From NCBI GenBank assembly GCA_049967475.1, contig JBMFSQ010000009.1, forward strand, positions 67,038 through 131,037: DNA of 64,000 nucleotides, read 5' to 3'. This DNA comes from Chthonomonadales bacterium. Its GTDB lineage: Bacteria; Armatimonadota; Chthonomonadetes; Chthonomonadales; CAJBBX01. Positions within the stretch are counted from its first letter, which is position 1. Each line of letters starts with the position of its first letter. A model generated the notes under the pieces. That model was not told the origin of the DNA and did no database searches. It saw nothing but the letters and a program-made list of their open reading frames with translations. A program made the position numbers and the translations under genes. Of this stretch, positions 9,535-20,398 are shown piece after piece.

Positions 9535-9615
9535 AGAACTCCTCGCAAAGCGACACCTTCTGCTTCCCACACGGGGGATCACAGTAGGTGTGCCGCCTCC
9601 TAGATGCTGTATTTG

Positions 9616-11100
9616 CTAACCCTGCACCAACGCCTCGAACCGGCGGTAATGCTCCTCCAACGAGTGCGTTGCCGAGGGCCGGTACTCCGCCAAAGGGAAG
9701 GAGGACCGGATGAGGTCTCGGGCATGCTCCAAGGTATCGAGCTCTCCCGCGGCGATGGCCTGTACGCACAGGTTCCCGATGGCTGTGGCCTCCACGGGCC
9801 CGGCCAATACCCGTCGCCCGGTCACATCCGCCGTGAGCTGACAGAGGAGGGCATTTCGGGAACCCCCGCCGATGATATGGATCGTTTGGATGGGCGTGTG
9901 CGTTACGGCTTCCAGCCGCTCAACCACCCAGCGGTACTTCATGGCAAGGCTCTCGAGGATGCACCGCACCATTTGGGCCACGCCGTCCGGGGGCACCTGC
10001 CCGGTGCGGGTGCAAAACTCCGCGATTGCCTGCGGCATATCCTGCGGGTTAAGGAATGCCCCGTCATCGGGATCCAGCAGAACCTTCCAGCCTGGAGCTT
10101 CCGCACCCAGCCTGGCCAATTCTTCGTAGGAATAGCTCCGTCCCTGCCGCTCCCACGATCTGCGGCACTCCTGCAAGAGCCATAGCCCCATGACGTTGCG
10201 CAACAACCGCACTGTGCCGTTGACCCCGCCTTCATTGGTGAGGTTGAACTCTAGAGTGCGGTCGTTGATCACTGGGTGGTCCACTTCTACCCCTACGAGG
10301 GACCACGTGCCGCAGCTCACGTAGGCCCAGCCGGCCCGGCCCTCGGCAGGTACGGCTGCCACAGCAGAGCCGGTGTCGTGCGTCGCAGGAGCAATCACCG
10401 GAACAGCGCCAGCCCCGGTAACGCGTTGGACGCCAGCGTGAAGAGGTCCGAGCACAGTTCCGGGAGGCACCACCTTGCCGAGCATCTGTGTGGGAAGACC
10501 CAGCCGTTCGAGCAGTCCACGCGCCCAATCTCCTCGGACGGGATCGTAGAACTGCGTTGTCGTGGCGATAGTAAACTCATTGACCTTCACGCCTGTGAGC
10601 CAAAAGTTGAACAGATCCGGCATGAGCAGCAAGGCGCGAGCCTGTTCCAACAGCGGCGAATTCCGCAGGCGCAACGCCATCAACTGAAACAAGGTGTTGA
10701 GCTGCATGAATTGAATGCCGGTCGTCTGATAGATCTCCCGGCGGGGCACTACGCGAAACACCTCGTCCATCACACCGTCGGTGCGACTGTCTCGGTAATG
10801 ATAGGGGACACCGAGCAGCTCATCATCCCGGTCCAACAGTGCATAATCCACTCCCCAGGTGTCCACGCCCATCCCCTGGAGCTCACCTGGGTGCTCCCGA
10901 ACGGTCCTTGCCAACCCGTTGGATATCTCTGCGAAGAGGCGGACGGTGTCCCAATAGAACCGCCCCAGAATACGCTGGGGTTCGTTGGGAAAGCGGTGGA
11001 CCTCGGTCAGGGTAAGGCGGCTGCGGGCAATCGTGCCGAGAACCGCTCGGCCGCTCTCGGCGCCGAGGTCAAAGGTTAAGAAGCGTGCCGTACCTGGCAT
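9616..11100 (-). CDS. rhaB: Rhamnulokinase (FGGY family)
   Basis: DLGAESGR, GVDTWGVDY, YRDSRT, TGIQFMQLNT, HDTGSAV, SCGTWSL, NEGG, GGGSRN. Confidence 0.92.
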   Translation of the reverse strand: MPGTARFLTFDLGAESGRAVLGTIARSRLTLTEVHRFPNEPQRILGRFYWDTVRLFAEISNGLARTVREHPGELQGMGVDTWGVDYALLDRDDELLGVPYHYRDSRTDGVMDEVFRVVPRREIYQTTGIQFMQLNTLFQLMALRLRNSPLLEQARALLLMPDLFNFWLTGVKVNEFTIATTTQFYDPVRGDWARGLLERLGLPTQMLGKVVPPGTVLGPLHAGVQRVTGAGAVPVIAPATHDTGSAVAAVPAEGRAGWAYVSCGTWSLVGVEVDHPVINDRTLEFNLTNEGGVNGTVRLLRNVMGLWLLQECRRSWERQGRSYSYEELARLGAEAPGWKVLLDPDDGAFLNPQDMPQAIAEFCTRTGQVPPDGVAQMVRCILESLAMKYRWVVERLEAVTHTPIQTIHIIGGGSRNALLCQLTADVTGRRVLAGPVEATAIGNLCVQAIAAGELDTLEHARDLIRSSFPLAEYRPSATHSLEEHYRRFEALVQG

Positions 11101-11449
11101 TGCGGAACCCTTTCTGGGTGGATGCAATGTTCAGCGGTAACATTCGGCGTTCGGCGCGGGATCCCTCCCCGGCGCGCGCTCATTTCGCTTCGCTATGAGG
11201 GACTGGGCCGGTGTTGCCCTGCGCCGGCAAATGAAGGCGCACCTCACAATCGGCTGTTGCAGCGGGTACGTGCCCTCGCCCACCAAGGCGCGCGCCTCGA
11301 TACCCGTTCCGTAACGCCAGCCGCACGGCCTTTGGGGAGGAATTCCGGTGAAGACGCAGGAAGAGTACATCCAAGCATCCGGATACCGTCAAGAGCCATC
11401 GCCGGCTCAATCCAAATCCGGGGCTCATGGGCATGTGCAGGAAGAGATT

Positions 11450-12775
11450 ATGTCTGACGGGCAGCGCCACATTACACGCCGCGACCTATTGAAACGCTCG
11501 GCCGCCGCGGCGGCACCGCTCTTCATCCCCGCGGGTGTGCTGGGCCGAGGAGGCCAGAAGCCGCCTAGCGAACGCATCACCGTAGGCATCATCGGTGTGG
11601 GCTTCCAGGCACGGGGTCATCTGAACCTCCTGATCCGGCATCCGGACACCAAGGTTCTGGCCGTTTGCGATGTAGACACCACCCGCAGGGAGAACGCCAA
11701 GCATATCGCCGACGAGTGGTACAGCGCTGACACGAGCGCCGGTCCGTACAAGGGCTGTGACGCTTACAGAGATTTTCGCGAGCTGATTGCCAGGCCCGAT
11801 ATTGATGCGGTCTTGATCGGCACGCCGGATCACTGGCACTGCATCCCTGCGGTAGAAGCAGTGAAGGCCGGCAAGGACGTTTATTGCGAAAAGCCTCTAT
11901 CCCTAACCATCGCCGAAGCCAAAGTGATGATAGACGCTGTTCGCAAGTACAACCGCGTATTCCAAACCGGCAGCCAACAGCGGTCGGATCGTGAATTTCG
12001 CGTAGCCTGCGAAGCGGTTCGCAACGGGCGCATCGGCAAGGTGAAGCAGGTGTACGTAGCCGTGGGTGGACCGAGCCGCTGGTGCGATCTCCCGGAAGAG
12101 CCCATGGAACCCGGTCTGGATTGGGATCTCTGGCTGGGCCAGGCCCCCATGCGCCCGTATAACTCCATTCTAAGCCCCCGCGGCGTGCACAACTTCTTCC
12201 CAAACTGGCGAGCCTACCGCGAGTATTCGGGCGGCGGTATGACCGACTGGGGAGCACACCACTTCGACATCGCGCAATGGGGACTGGGAATGGATCACAG
12301 CGGTCCTGTTGAGATTATCCCTCCGGAGAAACCAGAAACAGGGCAGGGTGTGCGGTTCCTCTACGCCAACGGCGTAGAAATGATCCATGGGAGCCATCAG
12401 GATCCGGACGGCCAAACTCGGGGCGGCGTCCATTTCGTTGGCGAACACGGCATTGTGTATGTGGATCGCGGGCAGCTCATGAGCTGGCCCGAGGATATCG
12501 TCAAAACACCCCTCGGTCCCCATGAGAAGCCGCTTTATAAGTCTCCCGGGCATCACCAGGACTGGTTCAATTGCATCCGAAGCCGCAAACGCCCCATCTG
12601 CGACGTGGAGATCGGCGCGCGTTCGGTTACGGTATGCCACCTTGGGAACTTGGCCTACTGGTACGGCCGGAAGCTCCGCTGGGATCCTAAGCGTTGGCAC
12701 TTCGTCAACGACCCGGAGGCCAATACCTGGTTGGATCGGCCCCGGCGCGACCCCTGGCGGCTTCCCCACGTTTAG
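11450..12775 (+). CDS. Tat-exported Gfo/Idh/MocA family oxidoreductase
   Basis: TRRDLLK twin-arginine signal; GIIGVG, TPDHWH, YCEKP, DWGAHHFD. Confidence 0.92.
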   Translation: MSDGQRHITRRDLLKRSAAAAAPLFIPAGVLGRGGQKPPSERITVGIIGVGFQARGHLNLLIRHPDTKVLAVCDVDTTRRENAKHIADEWYSADTSAGPYKGCDAYRDFRELIARPDIDAVLIGTPDHWHCIPAVEAVKAGKDVYCEKPLSLTIAEAKVMIDAVRKYNRVFQTGSQQRSDREFRVACEAVRNGRIGKVKQVYVAVGGPSRWCDLPEEPMEPGLDWDLWLGQAPMRPYNSILSPRGVHNFFPNWRAYREYSGGGMTDWGAHHFDIAQWGLGMDHSGPVEIIPPEKPETGQGVRFLYANGVEMIHGSHQDPDGQTRGGVHFVGEHGIVYVDRGQLMSWPEDIVKTPLGPHEKPLYKSPGHHQDWFNCIRSRKRPICDVEIGARSVTVCHLGNLAYWYGRKLRWDPKRWHFVNDPEANTWLDRPRRDPWRLPHV

Positions 12776-13229
12776 CCGTTAGGGAACGGACTTCCGCTGC
12801 AATCTGCTGTGCGGCGCGCTCGCAGGCCTCCGCCACCTGGGGACTGAGGGGCGCCTCGGGCTGCATGCTGCGGGCTTCTATGGCATAGACCACGAGCCTG
12901 GGCGGGAGGGCACCCAGCGCCCGGCCTAACTCGATCGCCTGCGGGACCCCTAGAGCATGGGTGGATGGGCGACAGGCTAGCTCCGCGGGCAACGGCTCGT
13001 CGGTTGGGACGAAGCGATGCACCGTACCAGGCTCAGCACCGGACATGGCCGCATCAACCAGGATCGCCGCGTCCGCCCCCTCCCAAAGCGCCATCAGGTC
13101 GGTAGGATCTCCGGAAGAAGTGTGGATCTCGGCGTCACCCATCAGGCGGCGCAGCGCCATGGCGGCGATCAAGCCCGCTGCATCGTCACCCCGCCCCTCG
13201 CTGCCAACGCCGATCACTACCACGCGCAC
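12705..13229 (-). CDS. Hydrogenase maturation protease
   Basis: VIGVGSEGRGDDAAG, ILVDA, STH motifs; last gene of the hydrogenase operon. Confidence 0.9.
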   Translation of the reverse strand: MRVVVIGVGSEGRGDDAAGLIAAMALRRLMGDAEIHTSSGDPTDLMALWEGADAAILVDAAMSGAEPGTVHRFVPTDEPLPAELACRPSTHALGVPQAIELGRALGALPPRLVVYAIEARSMQPEAPLSPQVAEACERAAQQIAAEVRSLTAKRGEAARGRAGADPTRYWPPGR

Positions 13230-13377
13230 GGCGCCCGCCTCTTCTTGGGATCGCTTGGCGCTCTGCCTCATCGCGGCACGCAAGGATGCGCCGGTTCCCG
13301 TGCGTGCATTCGTCTTGGGACAGGTCTGGGGCGAGGTCTTGCGCCAAACCTTCGGCCAAGCAGCAATCCGCCGGAGC

Positions 13378-14667
13378 TTACTTCCGGTCGAGGTTCAACT
13401 GGAGGAAATGAGTTGAACACGAGATGCACGGATCGTAGTTGCGGATGGCCTGCTCGCAGCGCCAAGTGAGGTGTTCCTCCGGTTCGTCCAGATACGCCGG
13501 AACCAGGGCCATCAAATCTTCCTCCATCCTCCTTTGGTTCTGGGCCGTAGGCGGCACGATTTTGGCGTTGCGGATAACGCCCCGTTCATCTACCGTGTAC
13601 CGGTGATAGAGGATGCCGCGCGGCGCCTCAGTACAGCCCGTAGCCACCCCGGCAACGGGCGACACCTCCACCGAAGGAGGATCCGGCGGCTCGTACCCGC
13701 GGACCAGGCGCAGAGCCTCCTCACAGGCGTAGAGCGTCTCCACCGCCCGCACCACGATGCTCTTGAACGGGTTCAGGCAGGGCACCCCCAACCCCACTTC
13801 ACGCGCTGCAGCCTGAGCCGTTGGGGAAAGCTTGTCGTAATTCAAATTGAAGCGGGCCAGCGGCCCCACGAAGTACGAACCGCGCCCTTTGATCACGGAG
13901 TGGAGCGCCGTACTGTGGGGCACCTGTTCTTCAACAAAGTGCTCTTCATATTGGGACACCGGGATATCCAGCCCCTTACTCGACACCAATCTTCCATGAT
14001 TGATGGCGTACTCATCCTCGCTGCGGAGGGCAACAAATTGGTAGTTCTGTTCGAAGTCCGGAAACGTCAGATCCCCGGTGAAGCGCACGGTGTCACGGGC
14101 GATCGCCAGAGCTTCCTCCAACGGCCCTTCGAGCGACGCAACCTCCTCCCGGGACGGAGCGCGCCAGAACCCGCCGACCCGCATGTTGACCGGGTGGACC
14201 TCCCGACCCAGCAGCGTGGACATGATGAGATTGCCGGCCTTCTTCAACCTAAGGCCCTTGGCCACAACGGATCCGTAGTCCTTGGCCATGCGGATGGCAT
14301 CTTCATAGCCCAAAAAGTCGGGAGCGTGGAGCAGATACACGTGCAGAGTATGGCTCTCGATCCACTCACCGCAGCTGATCAGACGGCGGAGGTTCCTAAC
14401 ACGGGGACCGGGATTTACCCCGCACAAGTCCTCCATAGCGTGGGAAGCGCTCATCTGATAGGCCGAATGGCAGATGCCGCAGATGCGGGCGGTAATGTCG
14501 CCGGCCTCCCTGAAATCCCGGCCCCGAAGGAACGCTTCGAAGAGCCTCGGAGGCTCGAAGATGCGGAGCTTCACATCGTCCACGGCTCCATGCCGCACCT
14601 TCACCGTAAGGGCACCCTCGCCTTCCACCCGGGCGAGCATATCTACTTTGATCGTTCTACCCCTCAT
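13378..14667 (-). CDS. Group 3b [NiFe] hydrogenase large (alpha) subunit
   Basis: ARVEGEG, RICGIC (L1), [14 protein letters not shown] (L2) with a short cleavable C-terminal tail. Confidence 0.95.
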   Translation of the reverse strand: MRGRTIKVDMLARVEGEGALTVKVRHGAVDDVKLRIFEPPRLFEAFLRGRDFREAGDITARICGICHSAYQMSASHAMEDLCGVNPGPRVRNLRRLISCGEWIESHTLHVYLLHAPDFLGYEDAIRMAKDYGSVVAKGLRLKKAGNLIMSTLLGREVHPVNMRVGGFWRAPSREEVASLEGPLEEALAIARDTVRFTGDLTFPDFEQNYQFVALRSEDEYAINHGRLVSSKGLDIPVSQYEEHFVEEQVPHSTALHSVIKGRGSYFVGPLARFNLNYDKLSPTAQAAAREVGLGVPCLNPFKSIVVRAVETLYACEEALRLVRGYEPPDPPSVEVSPVAGVATGCTEAPRGILYHRYTVDERGVIRNAKIVPPTAQNQRRMEEDLMALVPAYLDEPEEHLTWRCEQAIRNYDPCISCSTHFLQLNLDRK

Positions 14668-15436
14668 GAGCTTCGCTCTCCTTTCGGAAGGGTTCGGCAA
14701 AGGCGGTGAACATGCGCAGTGAACGCACGATGGCCGCATCCTCCATGCCGTCCTGCTTCCATCGGGCAGCTAAGGACGGGGGATTGGCAGCCTCTTTGGG
14801 TCCGAAGCACCCGTAGCAACCTCGGTTGAAGGAGGGGCAAAGCGCCCCGCACCCTGCTTGCGTCACCGGTCCCAAACAGTTCTTTCCCTGAGCCACTGCC
14901 ACGCACACATTGCCGCGAAGCTTACATTCGATGCACACGCTGTATCGGCCGATGTTGGGCCGCCGCCCGTTCAGGTACGCCGAAAGAAGCTCCAGAAGTT
15001 GTTGTTTGCTCACCGGGCAGCCGCGCAGCTCATAGTCAACGAACACGTGGTCGCTCACGGGTGTGGATTTGCCTAGAGCCTCGATGGTCCGAGCATTGGG
15101 ATAGACGATGCCTACAAAGTCCTTTACGTCCGCGAAGTTTCGCAGCGCCTGGATGCCCCCAGCCGTAGCACACGCCCCGATCGTGACGAGCATCCGCGAC
15201 GCCCTGCGAACCTGGTGGATGCGCTCGGCATCGTGGGGGGTTGAGATGGAACCCTCCACCAGAGACACGTCGTAGGGCCCTCGCGCCACAGCCCGCGTGG
15301 CCTCGGGGAAGTACGCAATTTCCACTGCGTCCGCGATGGCCAGAAGCTCATCCTCACAGTCCAGCAGAGTAAGCTGGCAGCCGTCGCACGAGGCGAATTT
15401 CCAAACAGCCAGTTTGGGCCTTCGGGCTCGGTCCAT
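14657..15436 (-). CDS. Group 3b [NiFe] hydrogenase small (delta) subunit
   Basis: [42 protein letters not shown]; no Tat signal. Confidence 0.93.
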   Translation of the reverse strand: MDRARRPKLAVWKFASCDGCQLTLLDCEDELLAIADAVEIAYFPEATRAVARGPYDVSLVEGSISTPHDAERIHQVRRASRMLVTIGACATAGGIQALRNFADVKDFVGIVYPNARTIEALGKSTPVSDHVFVDYELRGCPVSKQQLLELLSAYLNGRRPNIGRYSVCIECKLRGNVCVAVAQGKNCLGPVTQAGCGALCPSFNRGCYGCFGPKEAANPPSLAARWKQDGMEDAAIVRSLRMFTAFAEPFRKESEAHEG

Positions 15437-15437
15437 G

Positions 15438-16280
15438 CTACACCTCACGCTTTCCGAAGAACGGCTCGATCTCAGAATATTGGAAGACCGGCCCATCCTT
15501 GCATACAAAGAAGGGGCCGAACTGACAGTGTCCGCAGAGGCCGATGCCGCACTTCATATTGCGCTCCATGGACACGTAGATTGCGTCTTTGGCTACTCCC
15601 CGCCGCTCCAACTGGTGCACGGTGAAGCGCATCATGACTTCGGGCCCGCAAACGAATGCAACCGTCTCCAGCGGATCGAAAGGAGCTCCCGGGATCAACG
15701 TTGTCACCACGCCCACATTGCCGCGCCACCGTCCGGCGGCTCGGTCTACCGTTACATAGACGTTCAGATCGAAGCGGGCTCTCCACTTTTCGAGCTCGCG
15801 ATGGTAGAGCAGGTCATCGGGACTGCGGGTACCGTAAAGAAGAACGATCTTGCCGAAGTCCTCGCGCCGTTGGAGCAGGGCGTAGAGGGCAGGCCGCAAG
15901 GGAGCGAGGCCGATGCCGCCTGCAACCAGCACTACGTCCCTGCCCACTGCTTCGTCAATGGGCCAACCCGTTCCGAAGGGCCCGCGAACGCCCAGCATAT
16001 CTCCCGGCCGCAACCTGCGCATAGCCCGCGTCACGGAGCCCACTTCTCGCGTGGTATGAACCAGCACTTCCGGCCGAGCAGGATCCCCGCAGATGCTGAT
16101 GGGCACCTCGCCCACCCCAAACAGATAGAGCATATTGAACTGACCGGGTTCAAATCCGGGCGCTGCCCCTACCTGAGGCGGGTTCTGCAACTCGATGGTG
16201 AATGTGTCTGATGTCTCCATCCGCACGCGCTCGACGCGACACGGCCGCGTGAGCATGGGATCCTCCACGGCGACTGCCAT
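15438..16280 (-). CDS. Group 3b hydrogenase gamma subunit (FAD/NAD(P)-binding, 2Fe-2S)
   Basis: [44 protein letters not shown]. Confidence 0.93.
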   Translation of the reverse strand: MAVAVEDPMLTRPCRVERVRMETSDTFTIELQNPPQVGAAPGFEPGQFNMLYLFGVGEVPISICGDPARPEVLVHTTREVGSVTRAMRRLRPGDMLGVRGPFGTGWPIDEAVGRDVVLVAGGIGLAPLRPALYALLQRREDFGKIVLLYGTRSPDDLLYHRELEKWRARFDLNVYVTVDRAAGRWRGNVGVVTTLIPGAPFDPLETVAFVCGPEVMMRFTVHQLERRGVAKDAIYVSMERNMKCGIGLCGHCQFGPFFVCKDGPVFQYSEIEPFFGKREV

Positions 16281-16292
16281 TCTTGCACCCCC

Positions 16293-16757
16293 TCACCGCC
16301 GCACCGAATAGAGATCCAGAAGTTGCAACCTCGTGGCCTGCAACCTCTGCTCCAGAACCATTGCGAAGCGCTTCAGCAGCGCATACCCCAGCTCGGGCGA
16401 TTCGTCGCACTTTGTGCGCAAGCACCGCCCATCCAGGGCGAAGGCACGGACGTGCTCCAGGGCCCGGGCGTCGAAGCGCCACCGATATGGGGGAATGAGC
16501 CAAGACCACCCCAACACATCTCCAGGTCCCAGTGTCTGGATGATGATGGATCCCTGTTCCAGGTGAAACACTTCCAAAGCTACCTTCCCCTGGCGGATTA
16601 GGTAGAACCAGTTCGCTTCCTCCCCCTCCCGAAAGATGTACTCATCGGGTTTGAAGCGAACATTGGTGGCGCAATCCTCAATGGCCTTAAGGTGCTGAGG
16701 ATCAAGACCCTCGAAGAAGGGATGCTCCGCTAGAATGCGCTCAAGCGTTTCCATCAA
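16293..16757 (-). CDS. Stand-alone cyclic nucleotide-binding domain protein
   Basis: [28 protein letters not shown]; no HTH domain follows. Confidence 0.9.
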   Translation of the reverse strand: MMETLERILAEHPFFEGLDPQHLKAIEDCATNVRFKPDEYIFREGEEANWFYLIRQGKVALEVFHLEQGSIIIQTLGPGDVLGWSWLIPPYRWRFDARALEHVRAFALDGRCLRTKCDESPELGYALLKRFAMVLEQRLQATRLQLLDLYSVRR

Positions 16758-17904
16758 CGTTCTCCTTAACCCTCTGCGCGCCGTTGCGCAGCGCGCGGAT
16801 CTCTTGCGTCAAATCTATTCCCACCGGGCACCAGGTAATACATCGCCCGCAGCCCACGCAACCCGGCGTCCCGAATTGGTCCTGCCAGGCTGCAAATTTG
16901 TGCACCAGCCATTGCCGATATCGCGCCGCTGGGGAATAGCGAAGGCTTCCCCCAACGATGTAGGTGAACTCCGCCGTAAAGCACGAGTCCCACCTCCTTG
17001 TGCGCTCCGCTTCGGCGCCTGTGAGGTCTGTAGCGTCTTCTACCGTAGCGCAGAAGCACGTAGGGCACACCATCGTGCAATTGCCGCACGTAAGACATCT
17101 CCGGCCGATCTGTTCCCAGTATGGGTCCTCCAGCCGCTCATAGAGGGCTTCCCGCAGTCCTTGCAGATCCACAGAGCGCCCCATGCGTGCCGCAGCCTTA
17201 TTCGCGAGCGTCGCGGGCAGGGCCGCCTGTTTTTCGTCGGGCTTGCTGTGGGGGACCTCTTCCAAAACCTCAGACCCTGATGCGGATCCGGCTTCCACCA
17301 ACATGTAATGCCGACGCCCTTCCTGCACCTCGGTAATGCACAGATCGTATCCCTCGGTGGGCCGCGGGCCGGTACCCATAGACGCGCAGAAACACGTTGG
17401 CCCCGGCTCCGAGCATGTCACCGCGATAATGAATGCTTCACGGCGGCGCGCACAGTAAACCGGATCCGCACGCTGCCCGTCACGCAGTACTGCGTCCAGG
17501 CGAAACAGCGCATGAAGATCGCAGGAATGCACGCCCAGGAGCGCCAAGCGAGGAGGTGACTGCTCATCCTGAGCGATTTGGAAGCCGGCCCCTTCCCTGC
17601 GTGCGCGCCACAAACGCACCTTGGGGGGATAGAGCCAGTATTTCCATGATTGCGCCCCCGGCGAGCACCGGAAGAAGAAGGGACTTGCAGTGCGCTTTAG
17701 GCTGTAGCGCCCCCCGGCAGTTACTTCGGCCCATCCTGCCGGCAAATCGCCAACAGACCGTAGCGCATCCAACACAATAACCCCGTCGCGGATCTGCGGC
17801 CCGATAACACCGTAGCCGCGCCGCTGCAGGGCGTCCAACAGGTAAGAAAGGTCGCCGGCTTCCACCACGGACAGCTCGCGACAAGATACGGCGACACTTG
17901 CCAT
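16741..17904 (-). CDS. Group 3b hydrogenase beta subunit (4Fe-4S dicluster)
   Basis: [42 protein letters not shown]. Confidence 0.93.
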   Translation of the reverse strand: MASVAVSCRELSVVEAGDLSYLLDALQRRGYGVIGPQIRDGVIVLDALRSVGDLPAGWAEVTAGGRYSLKRTASPFFFRCSPGAQSWKYWLYPPKVRLWRARREGAGFQIAQDEQSPPRLALLGVHSCDLHALFRLDAVLRDGQRADPVYCARRREAFIIAVTCSEPGPTCFCASMGTGPRPTEGYDLCITEVQEGRRHYMLVEAGSASGSEVLEEVPHSKPDEKQAALPATLANKAAARMGRSVDLQGLREALYERLEDPYWEQIGRRCLTCGNCTMVCPTCFCATVEDATDLTGAEAERTRRWDSCFTAEFTYIVGGSLRYSPAARYRQWLVHKFAAWQDQFGTPGCVGCGRCITWCPVGIDLTQEIRALRNGAQRVKENVDGNA

Positions 17905-17993
17905 GGAAGCACCCTTTCTGAACTGCGCTGCTGTTAATAAAACAAAGCCATTGCCAAACCTGAGTCCTCGGGTTTTGTCATCGCGTTTGGCCT

Positions 17994-18022
17994 ATCGTAT
18001 CACCTCCCGCCGCCCGATGCAA
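17994..18022 (-). promoter_or_regulatory. Sigma70-type promoter of the hydrogenase operon
   Basis: TTGCAT-17 nt-TACGAT with TG extended -10. Confidence 0.55.
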
Positions 18023-18305
18023 GGGGATTGCAGGCCATCTGTCCAAAGTGAGCGCAGGAAATTGGTCACCACCGGACGGTAAGGAGTACTAGCAACAGGT
18101 CAGGATCCCTCGATAGGCACCACCGGATACCGCCCACACACAACCTGGTGCTGCGAGAGAATGGCCGCCGAATGCATCCCCAACCGGATGGCCGTCCCCG
18201 GACCCTTCCAAATCCCCCGTAAGGGAGCACGCCTCGGGCCGGCCATCGGAAACGAAGCATATACGAGGGCAAGCGCCCCGAAAGCGAAGGCAAGCCATGC
18301 TCCCC

Positions 18306-18340
18306 AAAAGCAGAGATGGGCGCCCCCATAGGAAGCGCCC
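18306..18340 (-). terminator. Putative intrinsic terminator after tRNA-Pro
   Basis: GGGCGCTTCC-TAT-GGGGGCGCCC hairpin followed by ATCTCTGCTTTT. Confidence 0.5.
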
Positions 18341-18350
18341 ACCAGATCCA

Positions 18351-18424
18351 TCGGGGTGACCAGACTTGAACTGGTGACCTCCTGGCCCCCATCCAGGCAC
18401 TCTACCAAGCTGAGCTACACCCCG
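18351..18424 (-). tRNA. tRNA-Pro(GGG), CCA not encoded
   Basis: Cloverleaf CGGGGTG/CACCCCG-A; D arm GCTCAGCTTGGTAGAGT; anticodon stem CCTGG/CCAGG with loop ATGGGGG; T arm ACCAG-TTCAAGT-CTGGT. Confidence 0.96.
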
Positions 18425-18433
18425 CTCGCGTAT

Positions 18434-18462
18434 ATTATACCGGCGCCGGACCATTGTGTAAA
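18434..18462 (-). promoter_or_regulatory. Promoter of tRNA-Pro
   Basis: TTTACA-17 nt-TATAAT about 9 nt upstream of the tRNA. Confidence 0.8.
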
Positions 18463-18531
18463 GCCGTCCTCGAACGCGGGTGTCCGGAGCCTCGTCCCCG
18501 CTGCGTGTGCTAGAATAGGTCAATTCACGGG

Positions 18532-19317
18532 GTGAAACACGGCATGCTCCTAGCTATTGATGTGGGCAATACGAATATAACCCTCGGCGTCTACCACCAA
18601 GGGAAGCTCCAAGCCGACTGGCGCATCCGCACCCAGCGCGACCGCACGGCTGATGAGCATGCCTCGATCCTTCTGCGCCTCATGGACCATCGGAGCATCT
18701 CGCCTGCCCAGATCCGCGGCGTTGCGATCTCCAATGTTGTGCCCACTATGACGGATGCCCTCGTGGGTTTGGCCCGCCGGTACTTCTCCGCCGACCCCTT
18801 GGTGGTTGGGCCTGACACGGACTTCGGCATCTCCATCCATTACCGCCCGCCTGGCGACGTAGGAGCGGACCGCCTGGTAAACGCAATCGCCGCCTATCAC
18901 CGATATGGGGGCCCCGCCGTCGTCGTTGATTTCGGCACTTCCACCACGTTTGACGTCATCGGGGCGAGTGGGGATTATCTCGGCGGGGCCATCGCGCCCG
19001 GCATCGGCATCTCCACAGATGCCCTATTCCAGCGGGCGGCCCGGCTGTACCGGGTGGAACTGACCGCCCCGGCCCATGCCATCGGCACCAATACGGTGGA
19101 GGCGATGCAGTCCGGCATCATGTTCGGCTTTGCCGGTCAGGTAGACGCCATCGTGGAGCGCATCGCAAGGGAGCTGCCGGCCAAACCCAGCGTCATAGCC
19201 ACAGGAGGGCTGGCGGACAGGATGCACAAACTGAGCCGCACCATCGAGCACGTGGATCCCATGCTCACCCTGGATGGCCTGTATCTGCTCTACGTGAGAA
19301 ACCGCGGCCATGAATGA
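18532..19317 (+). CDS. coaX: Type III pantothenate kinase
   Basis: AIDVGNTN, GADR, VDFGTSTTFD, GGAIAPG, ATGG. Confidence 0.95.
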   Translation: MKHGMLLAIDVGNTNITLGVYHQGKLQADWRIRTQRDRTADEHASILLRLMDHRSISPAQIRGVAISNVVPTMTDALVGLARRYFSADPLVVGPDTDFGISIHYRPPGDVGADRLVNAIAAYHRYGGPAVVVDFGTSTTFDVIGASGDYLGGAIAPGIGISTDALFQRAARLYRVELTAPAHAIGTNTVEAMQSGIMFGFAGQVDAIVERIARELPAKPSVIATGGLADRMHKLSRTIEHVDPMLTLDGLYLLYVRNRGHE

Positions 19318-20398
19318 CAATGCCCTTTCCCTGTGTGCCAATCCGACGGCACGCACTCTAAAGTCCATCGGTGCCTGGACTTCATCGGCACTCGGCGCCG
19401 CCCCGTCTTTTGCGCAGCCTTTTCACGTCGGCCCTGTAACGGTGGATCCGCCGGTGGTTCTGGCGCCCATGGCCGATGTTACCAACGGGGCGTTCCGGCG
19501 CATTTGCAAGGCCATCGGCGGCGTGGGTCTCGTGTGCACAGAGCAGATCAGCACGCAGGCCCTTCATCACGGCAGCCGCCGCACCCGGCAAATGCTGGAT
19601 TGGACGCCGGACGAGCAGCCTCTGTCCGTCCAACTCTTCGGCGCGGATCCTGCCATCATGGCGGAGGCCGCCCGCATTGTGGTGGATCTGGGAGCCGCAA
19701 TCGTTGATATCAACATGGGATGCTGGGTCCCCAAAGTCTGCCGCCAAGGTGCGGGCGCCGCGCTGCTCCGCGATGCAGACACCGCGCTGCGCGTAGTTGA
19801 CGCCGTCGTGAGGGCAGTGGCGGCGCCCGTCACGGTCAAGATGCGAGCCGGCTGGAGTTCCCAGGATCTCACATCGCTGCCCTTGGCACTGAAGTTGCAG
19901 GATGCGGGCGTGCAGGCGTTCACCCTCCACGCCCGAACCGCCGCCCAGGGCTTCTCAGGATCAGCCGACTGGAGCTGGATCCGCGCCATGAAGCGAGCTC
20001 TGCGTGTTCCCGTAATCGGGAACGGCGATATTCGGTCCCCCGAGGACGCCCTCCGTATGATCCGGGACACCGGCTGTGACGGAATAATGGTGGGGCGTGC
20101 CGCCATCGGCAATCCATGGATTTTGCGGGACATCGTTCAGTATGTGGCTACCGGTTCCTATGGCCCGCCTCCAAGCCCAAGGGAGCGCGTAGAAGTTGCT
20201 ATGCGCCATGTTGCCGATCTGGCCCGCGTTATGGGTGAGGAGCGGGCTGTAGTGCATCTGCGCGGACAGCTCTCGGGGATCGTGCGGGCAACGCCGGGAG
20301 CCGCCAGGTTTCGGGAATGCATCGTCCACGCGCGTACGGTGCAGGAGCTCCGCGAAGTGCTCAACCGTTGGTCGGAACAAGCGGAGCAAGCCTTATGA
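19310..20398 (+). CDS. dusB: tRNA-dihydrouridine synthase
   Basis: LAPMA, QLFG, DINMGC, TVKMRAG, HART, GNGDI, MVGRAAIGNPW. Confidence 0.92.
   Translation: MNDNALSLCANPTARTLKSIGAWTSSALGAAPSFAQPFHVGPVTVDPPVVLAPMADVTNGAFRRICKAIGGVGLVCTEQISTQALHHGSRRTRQMLDWTPDEQPLSVQLFGADPAIMAEAARIVVDLGAAIVDINMGCWVPKVCRQGAGAALLRDADTALRVVDAVVRAVAAPVTVKMRAGWSSQDLTSLPLALKLQDAGVQAFTLHARTAAQGFSGSADWSWIRAMKRALRVPVIGNGDIRSPEDALRMIRDTGCDGIMVGRAAIGNPWILRDIVQYVATGSYGPPPSPRERVEVAMRHVADLARVMGEERAVVHLRGQLSGIVRATPGAARFRECIVHARTVQELREVLNRWSEQAEQAL

Noticed and set aside
13378..13440. Selenocysteine ([NiFeSe]) hydrogenase
   Set aside because: The L2 motif reads DPCISC with ordinary Cys codons and no in-frame TGA.
13471..14709. 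Long antisense ORFs (e.g. 412 aa here, 415 aa at 21502-22749, 341 aa at 24914-25939)
   Set aside because: Shadow ORFs opposite well-supported genes, expected in high-GC DNA; no motifs.
18030..18350. Integrative element or att site at tRNA-Pro; ORFs 18066-18523
   Set aside because: No integrase or duplicated tRNA 3' end found; the ORFs overlap the tRNA and look non-coding.
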